Below are positions 27,517 to 38,805 of a stretch of 64,000 bases of DNA, piece after piece. How positions within the stretch are numbered: position 1 is the first letter of the stretch; every line of letters begins with the position of its first letter. The DNA is from an uncultured Planctomycetaceae bacterium (GTDB taxonomy: Bacteria; Planctomycetota; Planctomycetia; Planctomycetales; Planctomycetaceae), in NCBI GenBank assembly GCA_963976765.1, contig CAXBME010000031.1, forward strand, positions 1 through 64,000, in the 5' to 3' direction. The position numbers were made by a program, and so were the translations under genes. The notes beneath the pieces are model-generated. The model was not told the DNA's origin. It did not search any database and saw only the letters and a program-made list of their open reading frames with translations.

Positions 27517-28893
27517 ATGACGATCTTCGAAAAGTCGACCGAACTGCCTGTTTCGTCGGACGAAGCATTCTCGTGGCACTGCCGACCGGGAGCGTTCCTT
27601 CGGCTCGCGCCGCCGTGGGAGTCGATCGAGCTGTTGTCGTCAGACGGCGTTGCCGAAGGATCGCGAGCAACGATCAGGATGAAGCTCGGACCGTTCTCGA
27701 AGAAGTGGGTCGCGGAGCATCACGGCATTATTGAAGGTCGACAGTTTCAGGATCGGCAGCTTTCCGGACCGTTCGCAGCATGGGACCACACTCACCGGAT
27801 GGAACCGGCGGCGCCGGATCGGTGCATCCTGACAGACCGGATCGAGTACCGACCGCCGTTGGGATTTCTCGGGCAAATGTTCGGAGGGCGGTTAATTCAC
27901 AGGCAGCTTGAACGGACCTTTCAATACAGGCACGAGCTGACGGCCAGCGACCTGAAGTTTCACTCAGCTTACTCAGAGGAACCTGCTATGAAGATTGCCA
28001 TCGGAGGCTCAACGGGAATGGTTGGTTCGTCACTGGTGTCGTTTCTGACCACCGGCGGACACGACATCGCGCGGCTTTATCGCAGCGGACCGTCGCTCAA
28101 CGACGGCACCAGCAACATTGTCTGGGATCCTGCGAAAGGCACCATCGATGCTCCGGCTCTGGAAGGTATGGACGCGGTCGTTCACCTCGGCGGGCACAAC
28201 ATCGCTCACGGTCGATGGACCGACGGAATGAAGCGTCTTATCCGCGACAGTCGAGTGAACAGTACAACGCTGCTGGCAAAGACGCTGGCGGGGCTCGCTA
28301 ATCCTCCGAAAGTTTTTGTCTGCGCATCGGCAATCGGTTTCTACGGCGACCGCGGCGACGAGATCATGACCGAAGACAGTGAACCTGGCCCGACGTTTCT
28401 CAGCGAAACCTGCAAAGAGTGGGAAGAGTCCACAGCCGCGGCACGAGACGCTGGAATTCGAGTCGTCAACCTGCGAATTGGAGTCGTCCTGAGTCCTCAG
28501 GGCGGAGCACTCAATAAGATGCTGCTGCCCTTCAAAATGGGCGGCGGCGGAGTTGTCGGTAACGGCAAGCAATGGATGAGCTGGGTCTGCCTGGACGATC
28601 TGCCGCGAATCATTCTCCACGCCATCCAGACAGAGTCTTTGTCCGGCCCGGTCAACGCCACGGCGCCGGGAACGGTCGACAATCGCGAGTTCACGAAAAC
28701 TCTTGGTCGAGTCCTGAAACGCCCGACCATCATCCCGATGCCGGCCTTTGTCGTGAAACTAGCCTTCGGAGAAATGGGCAAAGAACTCCTGCTCGGCAGC
28801 ACAAAAACAGTCCCCAACCGCCTGCAGGAATCCGGCTACGAGTTTGCGTTCCCGGAGCTGGAGCCAGCACTGCGGCATTTACTTGGCCGATGA
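27517..28893 (+). CDS. SRPBCC domain fused to a TIGR01777 (YfcH-like) NAD-dependent epimerase
   Basis: LAPPWE..GPFAAWDHTH; GGSTGMVG, ASAIGFYGDRGD. Confidence 0.9.
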   Translation: MTIFEKSTELPVSSDEAFSWHCRPGAFLRLAPPWESIELLSSDGVAEGSRATIRMKLGPFSKKWVAEHHGIIEGRQFQDRQLSGPFAAWDHTHRMEPAAPDRCILTDRIEYRPPLGFLGQMFGGRLIHRQLERTFQYRHELTASDLKFHSAYSEEPAMKIAIGGSTGMVGSSLVSFLTTGGHDIARLYRSGPSLNDGTSNIVWDPAKGTIDAPALEGMDAVVHLGGHNIAHGRWTDGMKRLIRDSRVNSTTLLAKTLAGLANPPKVFVCASAIGFYGDRGDEIMTEDSEPGPTFLSETCKEWEESTAAARDAGIRVVNLRIGVVLSPQGGALNKMLLPFKMGGGGVVGNGKQWMSWVCLDDLPRIILHAIQTESLSGPVNATAPGTVDNREFTKTLGRVLKRPTIIPMPAFVVKLAFGEMGKELLLGSTKTVPNRLQESGYEFAFPELEPALRHLLGR

Positions 28894-28916
28894 CCGTCAG
28901 ATGAGTAACCGGCACC

Positions 28917-29072
28917 GTAGAGTGGTACATCCAGGATGGCTGTGTGCCGCAGGCACAAGATGTTTCGTAACTCAGTTTGGAATAAAGCAGGACGTTTCAT
29001 CCTGCGTCGGGCCCCGCACGATACAACATGCGCCGCTATGCAACCCCCCCCATTCTGGACGGGCCACTCGAC
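28917..29072. repeat. Degenerate REP-like inverted repeat between convergent genes
   Basis: GTAGAGTGGTACATCCAGGATGG ... CCATTCTGGACGGGCCACTCGAC with an internal hairpin. Confidence 0.5.
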
Positions 29073-29080
29073 CGTTTGAG

Positions 29081-30118
29081 CTACGAGCTGCGGACCTTCT
29101 CATAAAGCGCGATCACCCATTGGCGGAAGTTGCGGTCGACGGGGTCGAGGTTCTCTTCGCCGAGGATTTCGCAGAGCGTTCGTAAGCCGCTGGGGTCGTT
29201 CGCGGCGCGGTCGCGGAATTTGCGATAGAAGAAGGGCAGAAGACCTCGTTCCTGGAGATAGAGGCAGAAGTATCTGGCGTGTGCGTACTCAATGGCCTGT
29301 TTCTCTTCGCGGATTTCCCGGGCGGAGATGAGAGACTCAAGCGTGCCCAGCCGACGCTGCTGCATCGCGCTGAGCAGGTGGTTCAGTCGCCAGTTGGAAA
29401 GCCCGTTGAGTTGCAGACCGTCCTCTGAAAAGTCGGCTTCTTCGTAGAGCGATGCCAGACCTTCGTCGAACCATTCCGGCATGTTTGGAAAATCGAAGTG
29501 TCCGAGCGCGTGAGCCAGTTCATGCGCGAGCGTGCCTTCCCCCGTCCCAATGTTGACAACGATCCGTTTGTCCGAGCGGATGTAGTAGCCGTAGTAGTTC
29601 GTTGTGTTTCGGCGGTCGAGCTTCCAGGCAGCGTCGCGGTAAGCTCGCTCATTTGAATAAAGCAGCAGCGTCAGCGGCTTGTCGGGGCCATGATCAAAAT
29701 AAGCCAGATCGAGCGCCCGTTTCGTCGGCAGAATTGTCTGGACGTAGTAGCGGTCGAGTTCTGCTTCGGAAAGATCTCCACCGATGACGAACGGCGGTCG
29801 GACGATGATGCGGTCCTGTTCGTCGAGATGCTGCCCAAGTTGCCGGGCGCGTTCGTCGCAGGCAACGGTTATCAACCGCCGGTCTACACCGGTCGTCGCT
29901 GAGTTGGCAGGAACGAGTCCTTCTTCGACGCCAGCGTGCAGTTCCTGAACGTCGAACTCGCGAGGCTCTGATGTCGAGGTTGGCGCAGCCTGCACGTTCT
30001 TCGAAGGCCGCCCGACTGTCAGGAACCAGCATCCTGCAATCAGAAAACCTGGCCCGATGACCAGAAGAATCGCTCGCGTCAACATAGACAGAAACTTCCT
30101 CAAACCGCGTTCAGCCAT
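29081..30118 (-). CDS. Membrane-anchored zincin-like protein (DUF1570/peptidase MA-like)
   Basis: HELAH and PEWFDEGLA; start uncertain. Confidence 0.75.
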   Translation of the reverse strand: MAERGLRKFLSMLTRAILLVIGPGFLIAGCWFLTVGRPSKNVQAAPTSTSEPREFDVQELHAGVEEGLVPANSATTGVDRRLITVACDERARQLGQHLDEQDRIIVRPPFVIGGDLSEAELDRYYVQTILPTKRALDLAYFDHGPDKPLTLLLYSNERAYRDAAWKLDRRNTTNYYGYYIRSDKRIVVNIGTGEGTLAHELAHALGHFDFPNMPEWFDEGLASLYEEADFSEDGLQLNGLSNWRLNHLLSAMQQRRLGTLESLISAREIREEKQAIEYAHARYFCLYLQERGLLPFFYRKFRDRAANDPSGLRTLCEILGEENLDPVDRNFRQWVIALYEKVRSS

Positions 30119-30459
30119 TACAGGATGCGTCGTTCGCCCGTTCGAACTGTCAGGCCACCCAGAAAAGCCCAAGGTGTGTCGAATTGTACTTTTCAGAACC
30201 ACCTGTCACGTGACTCAATCTTCAATCATTGGCCTCCTCGGCAAAGATTGATGTCCGGTCATCGTTGAATTCCGATCAACCCGCAGACGTAACGTGGACT
30301 GCGGAGCTGTGACTTCCTGCACCCGCTGCGGCTGCAAGTTCGTGATCCAGGCAGGCAGCGGTTGAGGCAGTCACCGGCTCCGATATGCTGACTCGCGCTG
30401 TGAGCGTTCATTGAGTCTCGCAGTGACCGCGTCGCCGCGTTTTGATCGAGGGCAGATTC

Positions 30460-32307
30460 ATGAGCAGTACAAAATACAACGAGCTGGGTGCTCACCTGAC
30501 AGAGCAAAGCGGAGTGGTGGGGACGCACTTCGCGGTTTGGGCTCCGAACGCTCGTGAAGTTTCTGTCGTCTGCGACTCGAACAACTGGCAACGCAACCGC
30601 AACCGCCTGTCGCGAGGCGACGATGGTGTCTGGTCGTCGTTCATTCCCAGCATTCAGCCTGGCGAAAAGTACAAGTACTCGGTCGTCGACGTTCACGGCA
30701 ACGTCACTGACAAAGCCGACCCCTACGCCTTCGAAGCAGAATATCGACCGGCAACGGCGTCGATCGTCTGCGACCTGGACGGCTACTCGTGGGCGGACGA
30801 CGAGTGGATGAAGTTTCGGCAGTCGGCCAACTGGATCGAACGACCAATGTCGATCTATGAAGTTCATCCAGGATCATGGCGACGCCCGGAAGATGGTCGC
30901 GATTATTTCACGTGGGAAGAACTCGCTGACCAGCTGATCGACTACTGCCACGAGCTGGGCTACTCGCACCTGCAACTGATGCCGGTTTCTGAGCACCCGT
31001 TCGACGGTTCATGGGGTTATCAGGTGACTGGTTACTTTGCTCCAACCAGTCGTTTCGGAACACCGCACGAATTCATGCTCTTCGTCGATCGGTGTCACCA
31101 GGCCGGCATCGGAGTGCTGGTCGACTGGGTGCCCGCTCACTTTCCGACCGACGCTCATGGACTGGGCCGTTTCGACGGAACGGGTCTGTACGAGCACGAA
31201 GATCACCGCAAGGGTTACCACCCCGACTGGAACACTTACATCTTTAATTACGGGCGAACCGAAGTTCGCGAGTTCCTTCTTTCCAGCGCCCGCTTCTGGT
31301 GTGACCTCTATCACGTCGACGGTTTAAGAGTCGACGCGGTCGCTTCGATGCTCTACCTGGACTACTCGCGTGACTCCGGCCAGTGGGTGCCCAACGAGCA
31401 TGGCGGTCGCGAGAACCATGACGCCATCAGTTTCATCAAAGAATTCAACGAAGTCATCCACCACGAATTTCCAGGCGTGGTCACCATCGCGGAAGAGTCA
31501 ACATCGTGGCCGAAAGTTTCCCGACCGGTTGCCGACGGCGGACTCGGCTTCACAATGAAGTGGGACATGGGCTGGATGCACGACACGCTGAAGTACACCG
31601 CGCGGGAACCCATTCATCGAACTCATCATCAGAACGACCTTTCCTTCCGGATGATGTATGCCTTCAGCGAAAATTTCGTGCTGCCGCTTTCGCACGACGA
31701 AGTGGTGCATGGCAAAAAGTCATTACTGTCTCGGATGCCCGGCGACGAGTGGCAACAGTTTGCCAACCTGAGACTGCTCTTCAGTTATCAGTTCACGATG
31801 CCCGGCAAGAAGCTGCAGTTCATGGGCGGCGAGATCGGGCAATGGAATGAGTGGAACCACGATGCGGAACTTGACTGGTCGTTACTTGAGTTTCCAAATC
31901 ACGCTGGCATCAGCCGACTCGTCAAAGATCTGAACCGACTTTACTGCTCGAACCCGGCGATGCATCAGCTCGATACGTCGCAGGAAGGATTTCAGTGGAT
32001 TGACTGCGACAACAACGAAAAAAGCACCTACTCATTCATCCGCCGAGCGAGCGACCATGATGACTTCTTCGTCGTTGTGCTGAACTTCACACCGGTTGTC
32101 CGGAAAGAATTCCGGATTGGTATCCCCAAAGCCGGCTACTACCGCGAAGCCTTCAACACCGACGCCGACATCTACGGCGGCAGCAACGTCGGCAACAAAG
32201 GCGGCATGTACAGCGAGCCGGTCGCGTCGCACGGTTTCAAAAATTCTTTGTCGATCACCTTGCCGCCGCTGGCGATGACCGTTTTTCGAATCGTACGAAT
32301 TGACTGA
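30460..32307 (+). CDS. glgB: 1,4-alpha-glucan branching enzyme (short form)
   Basis: [40 protein letters not shown]. Confidence 0.96.
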   Translation: MSSTKYNELGAHLTEQSGVVGTHFAVWAPNAREVSVVCDSNNWQRNRNRLSRGDDGVWSSFIPSIQPGEKYKYSVVDVHGNVTDKADPYAFEAEYRPATASIVCDLDGYSWADDEWMKFRQSANWIERPMSIYEVHPGSWRRPEDGRDYFTWEELADQLIDYCHELGYSHLQLMPVSEHPFDGSWGYQVTGYFAPTSRFGTPHEFMLFVDRCHQAGIGVLVDWVPAHFPTDAHGLGRFDGTGLYEHEDHRKGYHPDWNTYIFNYGRTEVREFLLSSARFWCDLYHVDGLRVDAVASMLYLDYSRDSGQWVPNEHGGRENHDAISFIKEFNEVIHHEFPGVVTIAEESTSWPKVSRPVADGGLGFTMKWDMGWMHDTLKYTAREPIHRTHHQNDLSFRMMYAFSENFVLPLSHDEVVHGKKSLLSRMPGDEWQQFANLRLLFSYQFTMPGKKLQFMGGEIGQWNEWNHDAELDWSLLEFPNHAGISRLVKDLNRLYCSNPAMHQLDTSQEGFQWIDCDNNEKSTYSFIRRASDHDDFFVVVLNFTPVVRKEFRIGIPKAGYYREAFNTDADIYGGSNVGNKGGMYSEPVASHGFKNSLSITLPPLAMTVFRIVRID

Positions 32308-32327
32308 CAGGTTGCAGCAGGGCAAAG

Positions 32328-33611
32328 TCACTTCTTTGTGGAGACGCAGTACAGCGACGTGGACGTTCGCAGGAAGATTTCGCCATCGGAAAACGCGGGG
32401 GTTGAGTTGCTCGATCCAGCGAGCGAGTTGACCGAAAGCTGTTCGTACTTTTCGACGTTCGGAGCGAACACAACCGTCTGGCTCTTCTGATTGGTCACGT
32501 AAAGTCGGCCATCGGCGAAGCACATCTGGCCCCAATGATTCGCTCCGGGGCCGCGATCTTTCCACAGTTCTTTGCCGGTGGTCAATTCGAGACATTGCAG
32601 AATGCCAGGACCAGCGTTCGCCATGAAAATGTGATCGCCGACGATGACCCCTGAGCTGATGCGTTGCGGCTGCTTTCCATCGTCGCGCCAGAGTCGGTGA
32701 GTCTTCGTCACGTCTCCTTTGCCGTCAAGACGGAAGCCGATCGCAGGACCGGTGTAACCGCCCATGGCGACGCCGACGCCTTTGCTGATCAGCGGCGAAG
32801 TGTAGACGAGATCTCCGTTCTTCCCGACCAGTCCGTCGCAGAACCAGATGACCGAACCGTCTCTCGGATTCAGCGAGACGACTCGCGAAGGCATGCTGCA
32901 GACAATCTGCGACTCTCCGCCGACGTCGGCGATAACAGGAGTGCTCCACGATCCAACCATGCGGCCACCACGGTCATCGGTGCCGCCCGGCTCTTTGTGC
33001 TTCCAGATTTCATCGCCAGTTTCAAGGTCATATGCAATGATCGCCTGCGCCACTCCCGGGCCGAAATTCAGCAGCACTTTTCCGTCGTGAATGACGGGCG
33101 ACGATCCGTAACCCCAGATATGAGTCACAACGCCTGGCTGCGCTGACCAGAGTTCGTTGCCTTCGAGGTCGTAACAGAACAGCCCGGCCGAACCGTGCCA
33201 GACGACGACTTTATTACCGCTGATAGCCGGGGTGGCTGCTCCGAAAGGATTTGTCTGATGAGTCGGCTCGCCAGCTTTGAATGAAACCTGGCGAGTCCAT
33301 TTCTCGGAACCGTCGGTTCGGTCAAAGCAGTGCAGACGTCGTTCGCTTCCGTCTTCCGTGGCCGACGTCGCAAACACAAGGCCAGACGCCACAACAGGAC
33401 TTTCATTGCCCCGATTCGGCAGCTTGATTTTCCATCTGACGTTTTCATCTTCTGACCAGGACGTGGGGAAATCGGTGTCGCTGGTGACTCCCAGGCCAGC
33501 CGGACCACGAAACGATGGCCAGTCTCCGGCACTCGCAACAGAAAGAGATATCGCGATGGTGGAAAGGCAGGTTGCTCCTGTAACGACCAAACGCCTGAAT
33601 GACTGCTGCAT
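32328..33611 (-). CDS. Secreted PQQ-like beta-propeller (BamB-like) protein
   Basis: DWPSFRGP start and repeated W-ending blades. Confidence 0.88.
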   Translation of the reverse strand: MQQSFRRLVVTGATCLSTIAISLSVASAGDWPSFRGPAGLGVTSDTDFPTSWSEDENVRWKIKLPNRGNESPVVASGLVFATSATEDGSERRLHCFDRTDGSEKWTRQVSFKAGEPTHQTNPFGAATPAISGNKVVVWHGSAGLFCYDLEGNELWSAQPGVVTHIWGYGSSPVIHDGKVLLNFGPGVAQAIIAYDLETGDEIWKHKEPGGTDDRGGRMVGSWSTPVIADVGGESQIVCSMPSRVVSLNPRDGSVIWFCDGLVGKNGDLVYTSPLISKGVGVAMGGYTGPAIGFRLDGKGDVTKTHRLWRDDGKQPQRISSGVIVGDHIFMANAGPGILQCLELTTGKELWKDRGPGANHWGQMCFADGRLYVTNQKSQTVVFAPNVEKYEQLSVNSLAGSSNSTPAFSDGEIFLRTSTSLYCVSTKK

Positions 33612-33893
33612 GACGATGCCTCGCTGACAAGTTGGATGTGTGTCTGAGTGAAGTCCGAATCATGATTCCGCAGATGCGCGATCGCAACCGCCGGACGATC
33701 CAGGCTTCCTCGAACGTTTTTGAGCTTCTCGTTGCGGACAAACTGTTTCAAGCATCGCTCGAACACCTTGGTCCGGGCAGATTCGCTTTGGTTGGACTGC
33801 TGCCTTTCTCGTACAATCGCCGCTGTTCAGGCAGGACGAGGTTTAGAAGGCAAATCGATCCAGCTTGTCGACAAATGACGTTCCCATTTTCAA

Positions 33894-34856
33894 ATGGAGA
33901 GTCTGATGGAGTCAGCTGATTTCGACGCACTGATCAAGAAGGCGCGTAACGCGTTCAGGAACAAAGAACTGATCGAGGCGATCGACCTCTTTGAAGAGGC
34001 GCTCGAAATCGAGCCTGACGACATTGATGCTCACGAGGCGCTGGCGACAACGTGCTACCTTGCGCAAGACCATCAGGGAGCAATCAAACACTTCACGCGG
34101 CTGACTCAACTGAAGCCGCGGGACTCAACCGCCTGGGTCAACCTTGGAGCGATCCGAAACCTGCGACAGGAATACCAGGAGGCAATCAAAGCTCTGCGAA
34201 ACGGCATTCAACGCGATGGCAAAAACACGGAGGCTTATTACAACCTCGGCATCGCCCAGAAGGGCCTCGCCCAGACGTCGATGGCAGTGTCAGCCTATCG
34301 AGAAGCAGTTCGGCTCGACCCGGACAACGTCGATGCTCACGTCAACCTCGGCAACATTTACATGGACCAGGTGAATCACCGCAAAGCCAGGCAGCACTAC
34401 GAACAGGCTTTACGGGTGAACCCGAATTTTGATCGTGCGAAACGCGGTCTCGCACTGGCGGAAGAAATGCTGGCTGGCGGCAATGCTGAACTGGCCAATC
34501 CCTTCGGACGGCTTGTAAACACCGAGGAGCTCGACAAGCGAAACGCGGTGGCCACGAACGTTCGCGAACTGTCCGAAGAGGAACGTTTCACCGACCGACA
34601 ATTGATTCAACTGGCGGCGGCTGAATCAGGAACCCTGGCCGGCCACATGCTCACTCATTTGCGAGAGCACGTCGAACCATCATTGATGGCTGTCGCCAAA
34701 CTGATCGCCAAAGATCCTGGCCAACAGCGCGGCATGTACGAAGCTCGACTGGAGTATCACGAAGCCGTCAAATTTCTAAACGAGTTGTTCGGCAACTGGC
34801 AGATCGAGTTCTATAAGCTCCGACAGCACGAATCTGAACTGGCCACGAAGTCATAA
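33894..34856 (+). CDS. Tetratricopeptide repeat protein
   Basis: AWVNLG, AYYNLG, AHVNLG repeats. Confidence 0.88.
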   Translation: MESLMESADFDALIKKARNAFRNKELIEAIDLFEEALEIEPDDIDAHEALATTCYLAQDHQGAIKHFTRLTQLKPRDSTAWVNLGAIRNLRQEYQEAIKALRNGIQRDGKNTEAYYNLGIAQKGLAQTSMAVSAYREAVRLDPDNVDAHVNLGNIYMDQVNHRKARQHYEQALRVNPNFDRAKRGLALAEEMLAGGNAELANPFGRLVNTEELDKRNAVATNVRELSEEERFTDRQLIQLAAAESGTLAGHMLTHLREHVEPSLMAVAKLIAKDPGQQRGMYEARLEYHEAVKFLNELFGNWQIEFYKLRQHESELATKS

Positions 34857-34872
34857 CCTCAAGCAGGAACTT

Positions 34873-35823
34873 TTACGGTTGCCCAACATTGTGCGACCAG
34901 CCAAGCCGCGGAAGGGGGATCTCTTTCCCTGATTCTTCAAGGAGGCGACACGAGTCTCCGACGATGATCTCGCCGATGTGCGATAGAGGAATTGACAGCG
35001 GGTTACTTGAGGTCAGCCGCTGACCGTCCTCCGGCGAAACGGTAAACAGCAGTTCGAAATCCTCGCCGTCGCCAAGTGCATGTTCAAGCGGCGTGAGATC
35101 GTCGTTGGCTGCTGACGCTGCCGCCTGGCTGATTGGAATCGAAGCGGCATTGAGTCGTGCTCCAACCTTGCTTTCTTCCAGGATGTGATAAAGGTCGGCA
35201 ACCAGTCCGTCGCTGACGTCAATCATCGAGTTGAGCCGGCACGCGTCGCGGAGGACGAGTGCTTCGTGAACTCGCGGTGTGAAATCAAGATGGTGACCGG
35301 TGATACTTCCTCCAAGGCTGCCGGTCACGAAAATCCAGTCGCCGGGTTTCGCTCCTGCGCGCGTGATCGCCGTTCCGGATGAAACCTCGCCGACGATGGC
35401 GACGTTGATCACGACGGGACCGTCCCATGAGTTGGTGTCTCCTCCAACGATGACTGTGTCGAACTCTTGTGCTAATGAATGAAGCCCGTCGAAGAGCTGT
35501 TCGCCAAATCGGTCGCCATGCCTGTTCGAAAACTGACGGGGCAGGGCGAGACTGACGAGGGCGTACTTTGGACGACCGGCCATTGCGGCAACGTCGCTGA
35601 GGTTTACCGCCAGAACTTTGCGACCGACCTGAAAAGGCATCGCGGTCGCAAGGTCGAAGTGGACACCTTCCAGGAGCATATCCGCCGCGAGAAGAATGTC
35701 GCCATCCGAGCGTTCAACAACGGCGGTGTCGTCGCCGATTCCGGTCAGGACGTGCGGTGCGTTTCCAATCGCGGTGCGAAAAGATTCGATCAACTGAAAC
35801 TCGCTGGTTCGCTCAGGAAGCAT
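34873..35823 (-). CDS. thiL: Thiamine-phosphate kinase
   Basis: GIGDDTA, NLSDVAAM, IDVSDGL, GEDFELLFT. Confidence 0.93.
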   Translation of the reverse strand: MLPERTSEFQLIESFRTAIGNAPHVLTGIGDDTAVVERSDGDILLAADMLLEGVHFDLATAMPFQVGRKVLAVNLSDVAAMAGRPKYALVSLALPRQFSNRHGDRFGEQLFDGLHSLAQEFDTVIVGGDTNSWDGPVVINVAIVGEVSSGTAITRAGAKPGDWIFVTGSLGGSITGHHLDFTPRVHEALVLRDACRLNSMIDVSDGLVADLYHILEESKVGARLNAASIPISQAAASAANDDLTPLEHALGDGEDFELLFTVSPEDGQRLTSSNPLSIPLSHIGEIIVGDSCRLLEESGKEIPLPRLGWSHNVGQP

Positions 35824-36850
35824 CGGTGTTTCCGATTGACGAGGACTCACCATCTGAACGCGGCTCGTTGCGGCGAGGTTTGCCGGGAATCAGCCTGTAA
35901 AGCCGCAAACAAACCAGCAACACAACAAACGCGGCCAGCGAAATGCCGGCAAGAATTGCCAGCCCCGGAGCGTCTCCGAAAAGCTTGCGGATTGAAAACT
36001 CGTTTGAAATTTCGAGCATCCACAACGGTCGCCAGGCAAACAGGACAACAGCCGCGGCCAGACTGAGATACGGGCCGAACGGAATGTAAGTTCGGTTAGT
36101 GACAAGGCGAACTCCCAAACCCATCGCAATCCCGCAAAGCGGAGCAAGCAGGAAGACGAAGACCAGCGGCTGCCAGCCGAGAAAACTTCCGATCATGGCC
36201 ATCAGCGTGACATCGCCCAGGCCGAGGCTTTCCTGGCCAAGCACGACAGACGAGAGCCAGCGAACCAGCCACGTCACGCCAGCACCTGCGATCAGTCCCG
36301 TCATGCTCCAGACGAAGCCGTGCCAGTGAGTGTGCTCACCGATCCACGCGGGAATGTACGGCCCTCTAATTTCGGCCACCGCCTGATTCCAGTCGACCCA
36401 CAAGTGCATCAACTGCGTGTCACCGGAAATCGTCGCCAGCAGGACTCCGGCAATCATTCCCGGAATCGTAATCTGGTCCGGGATGATGTACTCACGAAAG
36501 TCGGTGACAGTCGCTTCGATGAGAAGTACCAGCAGGACGAGATGCCCGACCGCTCGGCCATACACCCAGAATAAGGCGGGTAGCACTTCGCTTGTCGAGT
36601 GCATTCCCAGGCCAAACACGGCGACGAAGTATCCGGCAAGGATCGCCCCGGTCAGCGCGGGAGTCAGCATTCGCGATGCCGAGTTGCCCTGTCTGCTGCG
36701 GACGGTGTTCTCATTGACGCTGGCATGGACTTCGCAGAACTGCTCGCACATTCTCAGCGACCACGCATCCAGCACGAGGCCGAGCACCGAGCCGAAAACA
36801 AACAGCCCGACCGCGATTGCCTCGAACTGGTCCTGGATGAACTGGTCCAT
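35813..36850 (-). CDS. A24 prepilin peptidase family protein
   Basis: TDFREYIIPD, GLGDV, IPFGPYL. Confidence 0.88.
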   Translation of the reverse strand: MDQFIQDQFEAIAVGLFVFGSVLGLVLDAWSLRMCEQFCEVHASVNENTVRSRQGNSASRMLTPALTGAILAGYFVAVFGLGMHSTSEVLPALFWVYGRAVGHLVLLVLLIEATVTDFREYIIPDQITIPGMIAGVLLATISGDTQLMHLWVDWNQAVAEIRGPYIPAWIGEHTHWHGFVWSMTGLIAGAGVTWLVRWLSSVVLGQESLGLGDVTLMAMIGSFLGWQPLVFVFLLAPLCGIAMGLGVRLVTNRTYIPFGPYLSLAAAVVLFAWRPLWMLEISNEFSIRKLFGDAPGLAILAGISLAAFVVLLVCLRLYRLIPGKPRRNEPRSDGESSSIGNTDAS

Positions 36851-36935
36851 GAATTATCGAGAGCTTCAACCGGAGTGTGTTTCTGGATGATTCCCCAACT
36901 GTCTGCACGAGCCGAACGAGGTTCGTCAGTGGGAT

Positions 36936-36950
36936 TGGCACGGCACTTGC
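36936..36950 (+). promoter_or_regulatory. Sigma54 -24/-12 promoter of amtB
   Basis: TGGCAC-GGCAC-TTGC, perfect consensus about 190 nt upstream of amtB. Confidence 0.8.
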
Positions 36951-37143
36951 CTTGCGGTCCGAGCGTATCGAAGCAGGCAGTGCGTTGCTACTCACACAGG
37001 GGCCTGGCTCGAAACACAAACTCAGACATCGTGACGGTAGCGCTTCCGTCGATTGAAACCACTGAAAGGGACTACATAAATCGACGACCCGCTCGCACGG
37101 TGAATGGCAATTCCGGGGACCATTTACTGAAGAAGGACAGGTA

Positions 37144-38613
37144 ATGCGTAGTGTTTTGGGTGTATTTCGTAGATTGATCTTTGTACTGGCGGTGGTGCCT
37201 CTCTTGGCCCAGCCGGCATTTGTGTTCGCTCAGGACAGCACTGAAGCGGCAGACGGAGCCGGGGTAAGTGCTCCTGCCGCCGAGGAATCTCAGAGTGACG
37301 TAAATAATTCGGGAGAAGGGAGTTCCGTCGAGTTAACAACCGAAGCCGCTCCAACGGAAGAGGTTGCCGAGCTGAGCGGAGCCAAGGTAGCGTGGATGCT
37401 TACATCATCAGCACTCGTGCTTATGATGACGGCACCCGGCCTGGCACTGTTCTACGGTGGGCTTGTCCGGAAAAAGAACATTCTGGGCGTCATGATGCAG
37501 TGCATGTTTCTGATGGGACTGATGACTGTCGTCTGGGGAATCATCGGCTACAGCCTGGCTTTCGGCGGTTCGAGCCCATACTTCGGCAATTTCGATCATG
37601 TCCTGATGAAGGGCATCATCGCCGACGGCGTGCTTTCCGACGTCGAATGGGCAAATAACAGCATTTTCTTCGTCTTCCAGGGAATGTTCTTCATCATCAC
37701 GCCGGCTTTGATCTGCGGAGCCTTCGCCGAGCGAATGAAATTCAGCACGATGTGCGTGTTTTCAGTCCTGTGGGGTTTGTTCGTTTACTGCCCCGTTTGC
37801 CACTGGGTCTGGGCCGACGCTGGCTGGCTCTGCGAGTGGAACGAAAACGCGCTCTACCCCGCACTCGACTTTGCCGGCGGAACAGTCGTCCATATCAGCT
37901 CGGGAGTCTCGGCTCTGCTTTGTGCCCTGCTGATCGGCAAGCGAATTGGCTATCCGCAAGAACCAATGCCACCTCACAACTTGACCTACACCTGCATCGG
38001 TGCCGCTCTGTTGTGGGTAGGTTGGTTTGGCTTCAACGCGGGAAGCGCTGTCGATGCAAACGCTGCCGCAGTCAACGCCTTTGTCGCGACTCACATGTGT
38101 GCCGCCGCTGGTGTGCTCGGATGGTCCGCCGTCGAATGGATCAAACACGGCAAGCCGAGCATCCTTGGTGCCTGTTCTGGTGCTGTCGCCGGTCTGGTCT
38201 GCATTACTCCCGCCAGTGGTTCGTGCACGGCTGTGTCGGCGATCCCGATGGGAATTATTGCCGGAGTCGTTTGCTACTTTGCCTGTGCCAAGGTGAAGCT
38301 GAAATTTGGCTACGACGACTCACTCGACGCCTTCGGTGTTCACGGAGTCGGGGGAACTGTCGGAGCATTGTTGACCGGCGTTTTCGCCAGCAAGCATCTC
38401 AGCTCGGGACACTATGGAGTGCTCGACGGAATGCCCGGCCAGATGGTTCCTCAGATTGTGAGCATTGTCGCCACGGCAGTTTTCGCTCTGGTCATAACCT
38501 TCATCATTCTGAAAGTTCTGGATGCCGTCATGGGGCTGAGAGTCAGCCAGGATGACGAAGTTCAGGGGCTGGACGTCAGCCAGCACGGCGAAGAAGGCTA
38601 CATCTTCCTGTAA
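37144..38613 (+). CDS. amtB: Ammonium transporter
   Basis: DFAGGTVVH, GWFGFNAGS, DDSLDAFGVHG. Confidence 0.96.
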   Translation: MRSVLGVFRRLIFVLAVVPLLAQPAFVFAQDSTEAADGAGVSAPAAEESQSDVNNSGEGSSVELTTEAAPTEEVAELSGAKVAWMLTSSALVLMMTAPGLALFYGGLVRKKNILGVMMQCMFLMGLMTVVWGIIGYSLAFGGSSPYFGNFDHVLMKGIIADGVLSDVEWANNSIFFVFQGMFFIITPALICGAFAERMKFSTMCVFSVLWGLFVYCPVCHWVWADAGWLCEWNENALYPALDFAGGTVVHISSGVSALLCALLIGKRIGYPQEPMPPHNLTYTCIGAALLWVGWFGFNAGSAVDANAAAVNAFVATHMCAAAGVLGWSAVEWIKHGKPSILGACSGAVAGLVCITPASGSCTAVSAIPMGIIAGVVCYFACAKVKLKFGYDDSLDAFGVHGVGGTVGALLTGVFASKHLSSGHYGVLDGMPGQMVPQIVSIVATAVFALVITFIILKVLDAVMGLRVSQDDEVQGLDVSQHGEEGYIFL

Positions 38614-38646
38614 AGAAGTTTATGGCCGGATCCTGGATGGTCCTGT

Positions 38647-38675
38647 CGGCGAGGCTTCCCGGTGAAGCCTCGCCG
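38647..38675 (+). terminator. Hairpin after amtB
   Basis: CGGCGAGGCTTC / GAAGCCTCGCCG 12-bp stem. Confidence 0.65.
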
Positions 38676-38805
38676 AACGTTTTCAGGCGGAGACAATCTC
38701 GTTTTTCACTTGGCGACAGTAAGCGCGCGGGCCAGCGCTTCGGCGTGTCGGCCAGCGTGGTCGACGCGCCATTTCGATTCCGATTGAAGAAACGATGACA
38801 GCTTC